The notes under the pieces are model-generated. The model had not been told where the DNA came from and ran no database searches. It saw only the letters and a program-made list of their open reading frames with translations. Positions 10,901 to 19,900 of a stretch of 64,000 nucleotides of DNA are shown piece after piece. Each line of letters opens with the position of its first letter. Within the stretch, counting starts at the first letter, position 1. The stretch lies in assembly GCA_965240325.2 (NCBI GenBank), contig OZ251229.1:2170001-2234000 (forward strand), in the 5' to 3' direction. The position numbers and the translations under genes were made by a program. This DNA is from Rebecca billardiae RCC1528. Its lineage: Eukaryota > Protista > Haptophyta.

Positions 10901-11042
10901 TAGCGCCGAGGGTGGCGATAGCCAGCTCAGGCGTCTCACCGATGGGCAGGGCCACCCCCACACGGAGCACGATGTCGCCCACCGCTGTTTGGGGAGACAT
11001 GACTGCAGCCAGCAGCGCGGCGGCGGTAACAAGGCGAGTCAT
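4980..11042 (-). CDS. Single-pass receptor-like protein: signal peptide + 2 ANF-receptor/Venus-flytrap (PBP1) domains + TM + HopQ1/XopQ-like nucleoside hydrolase domain + degenerate second hydrolase domain
   Basis: Intronless 2020 aa ORF. VFT1 about 10970-9740 (LIGAYRSAVT, FARTVPSD, WRHIGLVHVDDAFG, FEGATGPVRFD). VFT2 about 9715-8430 (VGAARSAVS, FGRTIPSD, WTRAAVLH, YDAV, FESITGAVRFD). TM about 8323-8254 followed by RYRAAKRR. Hydrolase about 8190-6970 (ICDAGEDLDDEM, GIGTDGG, VVMGG, PDSAHNNTFD, SRHAAY, FNLYDVVALLACVP). Confidence 0.85.
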   Translation of the reverse strand: MTRLVTAAALLAAVMSPQTAVGDIVLRVGVALPIGETPELAIATLGAIETWNRAPPCAVHLELVEGGVADTRGEEGTGLSALITARASGAVALIGAYRSAVTLAMARAATHLPVVLVSPRSTAPELSNAAELPHFARTVPSDELTALAIVAHITDHNWRHIGLVHVDDAFGRGLADAIEREGAARRLTLVRKGFAFDGDDGEVSGAIGQMVGLDGEPLRIVVVIAFGRHIRQLADGAAAAGVAGLTGHVILNGPESIELETATSLNERRLLHGSVVIEASGDDGSGRYERYINETWRRIHAANVSAMLPPAAASASNVSALIERGTPPATVMFADEAVEALGRAACHASADAVSTPTADALIASLRALRFEGATGPVRFDEHGARALGSAPVVLANVRFGGGSSVPSVVRIATFGTEGYSPAVAPLLFANDGTEPPADGQAAVLIRVGLLGRFWGEPTRRGERSKLATALLAVSHFNARNGTFAPVFDTLRDEGCDVVLDPRPLHSEGQPTVGVEQYLRGHASGWDVLVGAARSAVSEPVATLARIHSLPMVSYWSTAPSLSDAQVYPTFGRTIPSDYNIARLVVGYVRQWGWTRAAVLHVNDVAGAAYAQALQRHGAEAGVSFANVPFAEGDAASIADALGVLRRADHRILVCLTFLADLPSIVRNGTALGLFTARQHWIFTDMIGPSEYGALAEPDVALPLLGSVQIEAAGGWGAPAWERFRAQWAAGELAPAAELNAYLPPEGQLGAAWWEADEPNDIDALTYDAVAAMGLLACRSERDPNGWPVLPRQAWWRHGALAAGFESITGAVRFDAQSGDRSMESSRFTVRGFMPGTPHLDVSVRGSFVDGAWRFHLPVVFASGQRVPPADRAGAAEAASDGGGDGGDGDDGDGKSVVTTVVVVDSSSVLVTAVATIAIVAAAFATLLLWLRYRAAKRRLEGAAERAPPPVPLLVICDAGEDLDDEMALLMAHALQMEGRIELLGVIANLTPAYERARLVRGTLDVLGLQHVPVGIGTDGGSMAHGAGFLESAEYATPVSSERARQLEPGRALLYRVLSAAPPKSVTLLCISSLKDAALLLRDDAALCKDKLARAVVMGGVDVEQSRAERTLVPDSAHNNTFDLGAAEYFYRGCSALAIPVTVVSRHAAYAAPVPRVIYDQLAQSGNPIGWRLRKAQRDSIEGLWRRAAAPPGSAERRGLPERCDAAWFSKTFCSGRVEAEARSAEDPIWDLVVGFNLYDVVALLACVPGLCTELFEPLALGATPSPELPAPIHQGRLSAVSESDSVTERDTSSGGRDFSRSGRRAGRKALGAMARSFGSLKVHTGDASSLGHAELIGESAAAPGVCDGRALGEYMQTRIAASVGAGVGSGGRKEAVVVVLREDSLGCSTHGTALTLLTLRALLEFNALDCAALLVVRERVPATASADSAERAPSAEPGCAASPSCAPDAAAAAVPSMTLETASELGIVTAGSLLLADDDERGEGGAMDALVTRFEQLRAGGVRLVVPAGVPRLLARFGRVHAKLLREKVAEVVGVVAEPAPLAPELLGALDTQPAAGAAESGRSPDRRARQQLRVRLNAGSVTPQPSSLPTRAAPALVRSASAATEWELALERFRRGAVEPGAVETSSRSDDAGRRRDDPPNAPLPARAHSFKARPLRQSAPGIAGAPVAVPFGRSSASRSSKTRTTLTSRTSRSSAASPPAAPGRFPLPPWAHAGRRRPPPPSLPQIAASGEQRTSAARLAEIAAHAERLSASASASEQATIAMATSGTRGSPALAAAGAGRERAAPIALVPPEPSIYPSAPGEQFSSQCARLGVPVVGAPAALVRACALPRSVVDALLRLSGDFGQRMHARVRAKVEAALTSTAPGAGRLQPGWHVREFGASTACASDGWQAVSYLPAYGPVALLAVAQRSCATPLFGLQPVALVSGAWHHQLEPVPHVDAANVMAAMAHLCLKAATLNTHALNARAPPPSVADGDTRGRGVECAGVGWVPLGDTVPGWLAAPSAASAATTADDSEYA

Positions 11043-12172
11043 AGCGACACGCCAGTGTGTGTATTGTCGTGGGCGAGTTGGGGCGTGGTCGCTCGGTGGG
11101 CCCGGGGTCGCTCGGTGGGAGAGAGATTCACCAGCAGATTCCCGCCCCCAACTTGCATCATGGTTGCTTTCGTCGATGATGAGGTACAGTACTACCCTAC
11201 CACCAAGTCTATCTTCTATTACTACATACAGTACTATCTAGTATCATAAAGTAAATCCAGTACTTGATGAATATTGTACCGTACTATCATACTGAAAAAA
11301 GTAGGTATCTCCGCATCATCTCCTACGCCGCCTACAAGCTCTAAAAATCCTTGCCTGACGGCCGTCCACGCACGACGTCCTTCTCCGGCTCGTCGTCCCC
11401 GACACGGCAAGCTAAACGCGACCGCGATCGGCCAAGGCGTTCGCGATCTAGACCATTGAGAAGCTACACACCTATGATATGGCCCACCTCATGCGCACTG
11501 GACCCCCCTTTGGGAACGGGGAAGGGAACGCCACCGCGCGCGCGCAGTGCGAGCAGCGCAGAGGAGTGGCTCCCTAGTCCCTGCTCAAGTGCCAGGCAGG
11601 GAAGTTGCCCTCCATCGCGAATGATCGCTGCATGCGCGGCGCTATAGTGCGAGCGTTCTGCCAGCTCTGCAGCGTAACTCCGAGCTCGCGCGAGTCGTGG
11701 GCACGTCGCAGGGGCCATGCCAGGCGAGGGTGCGTACGCGTGTGCACCACCACAATCAAGATGGCAGTCGATCGCCCTCGAGTGCTGAGGACGACAGCGA
11801 GGGTGCCTTCGCGTGCGCACCAGACGTGCGCGACCCAGGACTATGAACGAATGGTGGGGTTTGATCCGCAGCGAAGTGCCGTCATACGGTAGGCCGTCGG
11901 ACGCTGGCCAGCTCGTGCTTCTGCACGGGAATCTATCTCATATCTGCAGCCACGCGAGTCACGCCGGCATGATGATAGCTCATTCGCTTATTAGCTGCGG
12001 CGGGCATGGATGAGTAGCGGTGCATGAGTAGCGGCAGACTCATGCTCATGAGCAGCGGCAGACTTACCCATCGTGATCATATGATGCTCGTCCGATAATG
12101 CGCAGTCACACCCAGTCACACACTGCCTGCGGCACGCGGCGGCAGGACTCGTGACACTGACTGATAGAGACT

Positions 12173-12207
12173 AATTCTATGATTTAAAGACACAGGCACG
12201 AGGGCGC
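12173..12207 (+). repeat. 35 bp dispersed repeat, copy 1 (AATTCTATGATTTAAAGACACAGGCACGAGGGCGC)
   Basis: Identical to 62402-62436. Confidence 0.9.
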
Positions 12208-12568
12208 GCATGATCATCATCGTAGTATATATATTCATATATATTCTCGTCATATATCCTACTGGCGACTACGAGGCGGGGGGGGGGCGACGGCGAGGAG
12301 CGCTGATCCTGATGTTTGTCCCTGCTGCTGCTCGATCCGATGCTGCTACCGAAATTGCTGACTCTTCAGAGTTCAGACGGCCGCGTCGTGGCCTGCGCGC
12401 GCCCGAGTTGTGCAGTAGTATGCATGCCATCACGCGAATATATATATAGTACATATATATATTATTTGCGATGACGGTCGTCAGTAATATATACATATTT
12501 AGTAGAGTAAGCCCGCCGCTGCTAGCGGCTGCTGCCAGTGCCATCGTCGTCGTCCGCGGCCGGACTAG

Positions 12569-15500
12569 CTACACGAGCGGCAAGACTTGGCGCGAGGATG
12601 GCTGCTGAGAGCCGCAGTGCGGGTGCCTGCAGCCCACGCCGCCGTCAGCCCCGCTCGCATGGCCGTGGTGATGGACATGATGATGCTCGCCCCGCACGCC
12701 GCCCAGCCCGAGCCCGTGGACGTGGATGGCGTGGTGCGAGAGCCGCGGCGGCGGCGGCCGAAGTGGCGCCAGCACGTCATCCTCGTCCCTCGGCTCGTCG
12801 GCGGGCGCCGCCACGGCGCCCCCCGCCGCCACCGCGCCCCCCGCCGCCACCGCGGCCTTCCGCGGCAGCGTCGGCGTCGGCGGGGGCCCGTGGCGGTCGG
12901 CCGTGTCGAGCTGAGCGCTCGAGCCGCCATCCGCCGAGGTCGCGGCCGAGGTGGGCGAGACTGCGCCGAGCCCCACGGGCGGCGGCGGCGAGCACTCGGC
13001 GGGCGGCGCAGCCGGAGGGCGCTCCACGTCGGGCGGCGGCCCCGACTCCCAGTCCACGGGCACGCCCGCCGCGGTCGCGAAGAGCTCGGGCGGGAACGCG
13101 TGCACCGGCACCACCTCGTACTCGGAGTGCTCGATCGCCACGTCCCGAGCGAGCACGGCCGCGCCGACGCAGACCAGCCCGAGGCTGATGAGGAGCAGCG
13201 GCAGCGCGGGCACGCGGCCGTGGCGCGTGACGGCGTCCGCGTAGACGCGCCAATCGTGCACGTACGAGGCGGCGGTTGTGCCGAGCAGCGCGAGGAGCGC
13301 GAGGTACAGCCAGAACGAGACCATCAGCGCGCAGTTGCGCACCTCGCGCCGCACGCACTTGTGCGGCTCGCGCCGTGCCGCCTCCTCCGCCACCCGCACC
13401 GCGCGGCACCAGCCGACGCACGCGCCGAGCGGCAGCGCGAGGAAGACGCCGCCGATGCACGCGAGCACGGGCCCAAAGCAGATGATCACGATGGGCACGC
13501 TCGGCTCGGCCGCGCGGTCGATCGCCACCGCGGCGAAGCCGAGCACGGTGAGCGCGTAGCACACGAGCGTGCCGCCGCACGTCCGGCAGTCCTGCTCGCC
13601 CGCGGCGGAGTCCGCAGCCACCAGGTCATGAAGCTGCCGGCCCGGCAGAGAACTCGGCCACTGGAAGGCGCAGACGGAGCCCAGGGTCAGGGAGAGGCCG
13701 AGCACGAGGAACAGGTTGTCGATCGAGAGCGCGCCGGTCTGCACGCGCCGGGCGCGGTGAGCGGCCGCCGAGAGCAAGCGGCGCCGGAGGCGCGTGCAGC
13801 GCGGTGAGCAACCCGCAGCGCGTGGCCGGCGCGCGGGTTTGAGGCACTCGGCGCGCGCGCGACGCGGAGAAGACGCGCGGCGCACGGCGCGCACAGCGCG
13901 CGCGGGCGCGCGCGCTCGAGAGAGAGGGAGCGCACACGCACGCGCGGCGGGCGTACTTCGTCCGAGCCGCGCCCCGCGAGGTACGTCCAGCGCGCGTACA
14001 CGCTGCCGCAGAGCGCCGCGCTCGCGCCCGTGTACACGATCACGCGCGTCGCCCAGATCGTGCGCGAGTGCGTGTCGACGTACTCGCTCGCGGCGTGCGA
14101 GCACTCGGCCTTGCGGATGACGCGCGAGAGCACGACGCAGAGCGCGACGCAGAGCAGCAGCGTGCCGCACAGCCACAGGTCGAAGCCCGCGCCTAACGCG
14201 TCCACGTCCGCCGCACTCAGCACTGACCCTAGCGTCCAATAAACGAACGGCGCCGGCGGCGCCTCACCCAGCGCCGACATTTCGGAGTAGGCGCTCGGCG
14301 CTGGCTGGCCGGTAGCGCGCACGTGCGTCGCGGTCAGCGTGAGAGGGAAGGGCGTGCTCGCCGGGTCGAGCCAGACGGGCTGCGTGTGCAGCAAAGCCCT
14401 GCGCCGCGCAGTGCACCGGGAGCATCCATGCCGCGAGGGGCGGAGGCGGGACCGTCAGTAGGCGGCGCGGCGCGCGCTCGCGCGCGCCGCGCGCGCGCGC
14501 GACGCTGCAGGGTCGGAGGCTCGCCGCCGCGCGCGCGCGCGCACCGGTCGAGCGGCACGGCGACGCGCACGCGGTTCGTCCAGCCCTCCTTGAGCGAAGC
14601 GGCGAACTGCTGCTCGCGCACGAACACACGGCCGGCCTTGCCGCTGTCGAGCGGCGTGCCGGCACGGAGCGTCGCGGGCGCGCCCACGCCGAACACCTGC
14701 CGCGCGGCCGTGAGCGCGTGGAGCGTGCGCCGGGGGTCGTGGCCGCCCCGCGCGAGCAGCTCGGCGCGCGTGGGCGCGTATCCGCGCTCCGACGCCTCGC
14801 GCACGGCGTCGAGCCAGTGAGCGTACTCCCCGGAGCACGAGCTTAGATTCGCCACCTCGGTCGGACTATGCCCGAATCTGGATACACCTGCCGAGCTGAG
14901 CCGCCACGGGATGCCACTGCCCGCGCGCGGCCGCCCGGGCTGCTGCCGCGACGCGACCGAGGCGGGCAGGCCGAGGAACGGCGACGCGCCCGCCGCCGCC
15001 TCCTCCTCGCTCGGCGGCCTCGGCACCTGCAGCGGCCCGGCGCGCGAGACTCGAGTGTAGAAACCCGTGCCATCTCCACTGTCACGCTCGCCGCCGAGAG
15101 TAAACGCGCCGCCCTTCAGCTGACGGCCGCCGTGCCGGCGCGAGCGACGGCGCCCGCGCCGGCTGCCGCCGCGCGCGTCCTCGGGGGGCGCGGCGGGCGG
15201 CGCGCTCGGCGGCGGCGCGCTCGGCGGTGGCGGCGCCGCCGACAGCGGCCCTGCGTCGGCGGACGGCTGCGCCGCGCCCTCGGCTGCGCTCTCAGCCGCC
15301 GTGGCAGAGGCGTTGTGAGCGGCCCCGAGGAGCGGCGCACGCGCGCCCTCGGCAGCCCAGCTCGCGTCGGCGTCGGCGTCGGCGTCCGCACCCTCCACCT
15401 CGCCCGCCGCGACCACCTCCTCCTCCACCTCCGCCGGCAGCGGCGACACGCGCGTCTCGTGCGCCAGCTCGAAACTGCCGAGCAGCCGACCGCTCGCGTC

Positions 15501-16394
15501 GTGGAGATTGTATCTCAACTCGAGCCGGGTCGCAAACGGGGCGTAGAGGACGAGGGCGTACGGGCCCGCGCGCGGGAGCGAGAGGCGCGAGGCCTCGAGG
15601 GTGAACGTCTGCGCCGTGCCCGTCACGTTGCCCCGCGGGCACGCGCCGCTCGGCGCGCCCTCCGCCTCGGCCGCCGCCGAGCCGCTGCCGTCGGCGCTAT
15701 CGCCACCGCCTGCGCCGCCCGCGCGGTCGCCGCCGCCGCCGTCCATCACCGCGGACACGACGTCTCCGGCGTCAAAGTCGTCGCGGCCAACGAGCTCGGT
15801 GCACCACTCCTCCCCGCCCCCGCCCTCCTCCGCGCCGCCGCCCACCTCCAGCCGGCAGAAGCTCGAGCAGCACATGCCCAGCTGCCACAGCGGCGCCGCC
15901 TCGAACGCGCCGTGACGCGCCTCGAGCAGCCGGCCGATGAGGACGAGCGCGCCGCCGAGGACGAATGCGCCGACGGTGAACGGGTGGGCGAGGACCATCT
16001 TCAGCAGCCGCCGCGCCACGTGCACGCGCGCGCGTCGTCGCGGCGGCTTGCGCGGCGTGCGCGGCCGGTCAGGCAATGGCTGCGCGGCGCTCGCGGGCGC
16101 GGCAGCGGCGAGCTCCCTCTCGAGGAGGTTTGCGAGCGACTGGCGCCCGCTGGCGGGCTCCGAGGGCGGCGCAATCACCTGCACCGGCGTGCCCGCGCCC
16201 GCGCCCGGCGGCACCGTCACGCACATCACCGCCTCGCCCACGAGCGCGTAGAATGTGTCGCCCTGCCGCAGACCGTCTGGGACGTAAACGAGGTGCGGCA
16301 CGCCGGCGGGCTCGGGCGCGTCGGAGCCGATGGCGTCGAAGGAGAGGTAGCTCGGGACGGAGAGCATCGACGCGGTGCGCGACGGCATCGGCAT
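12569..16394 (-). CDS. Multi-pass membrane protein of unknown function; exons 16394-14545, 14398-13957, 13738-12569
   Basis: Three ORF pieces joined in frame by two GT-AG introns. One N-terminal TM, a large Pro/Ala-rich loop, about 7 C-terminal hydrophobic segments and a His-containing tail. Confidence 0.7.
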
Positions 16395-16978
16395 CGCACC
16401 GGGCGCCCGCGCGCGGCCGGCCTGGTCGCCGCGCGGCGGGAATGAGCAGCCGGGTCGTCACTTGCTTGCAGGAGCAGCTGTGGCCGGTGCGATTCCTCCG
16501 GCTTCGGCTTCGTGAGAACGGTGCCACGGGCCAAGCAAGACCACGAAGCTGAAAGGCCAAGGCCGCTGCTCACATTTCGAGCCGAGTCGCGAGTTTCTAT
16601 GTGCTGAGCGCACATATCTCCCGCGCTATCTCTCGGCGTTCTGATCAGCTTGGCGATGATGGGATGCTGTATCTGTAGTCCGAGGACGGTAAGCTACGGT
16701 CACCCCCTGTACACTCTGCTATGATACATGCACATGCTCCTCAGTCTCACCTGGCGCGCGCGAGCCGGCGACCCGAGTCAGCACCTGGGCCAGTGAGCAG
16801 TACTGGCAAGTGGCATCCTGGGAAGTAGTGGGAGGTGCCGCGCGAGTCACGAGATACGATGCCACGGCCACTATGACGAGCGAGCGCGGGGGCTGCGGCG
16901 TGTGCGCCCGCTGCGAGCACACGCTTCCCATGGCGGCTCAGACACGTGCGTGTGACGCGCCGCGTGCCGTCCCAGGCC

Positions 16979-19900
16979 TTAGGGGCGGAGCTCGAGCTCA
17001 AGGCGCGCGGGCAGCGGCGCGCCGGGCTCAGCATTCTGAATGCACTCGGCGAGCGCGCCCGCCATGGCCTTGCGCGGCGCCGCGCGGCCCGTCCACAGCT
17101 CAAACTGCGCCACGCCCTGCTCGAAGAGCATCTCCGAGCCGTACACGAGCGCGCAGCCCGCGGCGGCCGCGCCCTCGAGCAGCGGCGTCAGTCGCGGCAG
17201 GTACGCCGCGTCCATGACGGCGGGGCGATGCTGCTGCAGCAGGGGCGCGGGCACGCGCACGCCCGCGCTGCCCGGGACCGTGCCGACGACGAGCGTGAGG
17301 CGCGGCGGCGAGAACGTCGCAAGGTCCTCGACGAGCTGTGGGCACGCGGGTGCGTGGCGGCGGGAGCGTGCGTGAGCGAGGGCGGCGCTCGCTGGCTGGC
17401 GCCCACGCCGCAGGGGTGCCGTGCCGTGCGTGGTAGCGCGCACCTCGGCACTAAACTCCTCCGCCAGCGCCTTAGCCTTGCTCGTGGTCCGGTTCCAGAC
17501 GTAGAGCGGCGAGGCGCCGAGCTGGGCGAGCGCGAACAGCGCGGCGCGCGCCGTGCCCCCGCCGCCGAGCACGAGCCCGGCGTCCGCGCCGCCGTCGGCT
17601 GCGGCGCCCGCCGCGCGCGCGCCGCGCGCGTGCGGCTGCAGGCTGCGCGCAATCCCGATCCAGTCCGTGTTGTCGCCGAGCGTGCGCCCGTCGTCTGTGC
17701 GGATCAGCGTGTTGACGGCGCCTGCACACCGCGCGCGCGCGCGCGCAAGCCGCCGAGGCCGCGCCGCAGGTGCCGCGCCGCAGGTCGGGTGTGCGTGAGC
17801 GCAGCGTGCGCCGGGCGATGGCCGGCCCGGCGCGGCGCGCGGCGCGCGGCGGGCGCGCGGTGGGCGCGCGGCGCGCGGCGCGCGAGGCGGCGGCGGCTGC
17901 GTTGTCGGGCGCGCACCGATCTTCGCGGCCGCCGCCGTCTGGGCGTCGAGCAGCGCGTCGAGCTGCTCCTTCAGCGGGATCGTCACCGACGCGCCGCCGA
18001 AAGGTGGGGCTGAGCCCGCCTCGCCGGCGCCCGTCGCCGCAGCGCCGTCGGCGCCCGTTGGCGCGCCGTCGGCCGCGCCGTGCACAATCGCGCGGACGGC
18101 ATCGACGCTCTGTGCGTCCACAGCCTCGTATTCGTGCGGCAGCGAGTGCGCGGCGAAGGCGGCGTTGTGCATCGCCGGCGACGGGCTGCGGCCCACCGGG
18201 CTGCCAAAGATGGCGAACCGGCGCGCCCGCTGCGCAAAGCCCTGCGCCGCGCGCAGGCGAACGAGCTCGGCCACGCTCAGCTGGCCGGGCGCACCGGCGA
18301 CAAGCAGAGGATGCGTCACCGGCGTCATCGTGAGGTTGAGGACACGCGAGAGCTTGCCTGCGCGCCACGCGCGCGCGGCGGGGGGCCGAGGCGTGCGTGC
18401 GTGGGCGCGCGAGCGTGCCGGTGCCTCAGAGCAGACTCGCGCGGCACGGGGCGCGGCCGCAGCACTGGGCGCGCCACGCGCCGCGCGGAGGCAGGCCTCG
18501 CGCGCGCGCGCGGCGCGGCCGCGCGGCTCACCGGCGTCGCCGACACAGATGCAGATGACAGCGGCGTCCGAGCGCTTCTGCCGCAGCTTGCCCAGCATGC
18601 GGTCCGCGAGCGCGCGCATCGCGAGCGAGTCCGCCGCGGACTCCGCGCGCAGCACGAGCTTGGCGATCGCCTGCCACGCACCGAGGCACAAGCGGGCGCA
18701 GCAGACGCGGGCGGGCGGCGCGCGCCGGGCGCACGCACGCGTCGGTACACGCACGGGGGGGCACAGCACACGTTGGGAGAAGTGGCGTCGTGAGGCGGAG
18801 GCGCAGGCTCGGGCTCGGCGCGGTCCGCCCGGCGGCGCGCCCGCCCGCGGCCCCGCCGGCACCGCCGTGACGCGCGCGCGCGCGCACCGCCTTCCCGTCC
18901 AGCGCGCACGCCGTCAGCAGCTTCTCTGGGTCGAGCTCGCCGCCGGTCGGCGTGCGATGGAAGTCGTGCGTGGAGCCGATCACCGCGGTCACCGCGCCGC
19001 ACGCGGCGACGACGGCGTTGACGAGGTGCTTGGTGCGGCCGACCTCGACGTCGAGGAGCTCGACGGCCGCGCGGCTCGCCACCGCGCACGCGCCCTTGTA
19101 CGCCTCCTCCGACCCGTCGAACTTGCCGCCCTCGCCCTTGGAGCGCAGAGTGAACACGAGATTGCATCTCGTGTGCCGCCGGAGCGTCGCGATGGCCTCG
19201 CCGTGCGCGCGCGCCGACGTGTCGGCGAGGAGGTCGGCGCGGAGCTCGAGGGCGTCGACGCCGAGCGTGAGCTGCGGGAGCTTGGGCACGAGCTCCGCCA
19301 CCGTCGGCGCCGAGAGCGTGAGGAAGAACGAGTGCTCGCGCGGCACCGGCGGCGGCACGTCGCCGGTCACGCGCCGCACGAATCTTACGAAATCGTCCGT
19401 GACCGCCGCCCATTCCTCGTCGCCCTCGCGGATGACGAAGTCGTGCGAGGAGACGGCGGCGTAGAGCGGCGCGCGGCGCTTGAGCACGTCGAGCGTGGAC
19501 TCGCCGTACGCCGGGCGCTGCGCCGTCGAGCCCTCGCCGTCGAGCGTGCGCACGATGTCCGCCGCGGACTTGTCGATGTGAACGACGATGGCGCCCGAGC
19601 CGGCAAGCAGCGCGCGACTCGCCTCCGACTCGACGACGCCGCCGCCCGTCGAGATGACGGCGGCGGTGGCGTGCTCCTCGAGCACGCCGCCGAGCAGCGC
19701 GCACTCGGCCGCGCGAAACCCCGCCCAGCCGTGCTGCTCCACGTACGCCGACACCGCGCCGTGCCGCGCGACGAAGCGCTCGTCAAGGTCGACGAACACG
19801 CGCCCGAGCGCGCGCGCGGCCGCGGTGCCGAGTGACGTCTTGCCCGAGGCGCGCATGCCGACGAGGACGAGCGAGGCGGCGGAGGCGGCGGAGGCGACGG

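Noticed and set aside
4980-11042. Class C GPCR or receptor guanylyl/adenylyl cyclase call
   Set aside because: There is only one TM, and no 7TM, kinase-homology or cyclase motifs are seen in the cytoplasmic part.
6873-11249. 1458 aa plus-strand ORF and similar long ORFs (5734-7572, 53704-55590, 18165-19835, 14868-16445)
   Set aside because: These are antisense shadows of real genes, caused by extreme GC3 bias. They are Arg/Ala-rich with no motifs.
11250-12540. Small ORFs in the spacer upstream of the receptor
   Set aside because: Low complexity, AT-rich patches and no coding signature.
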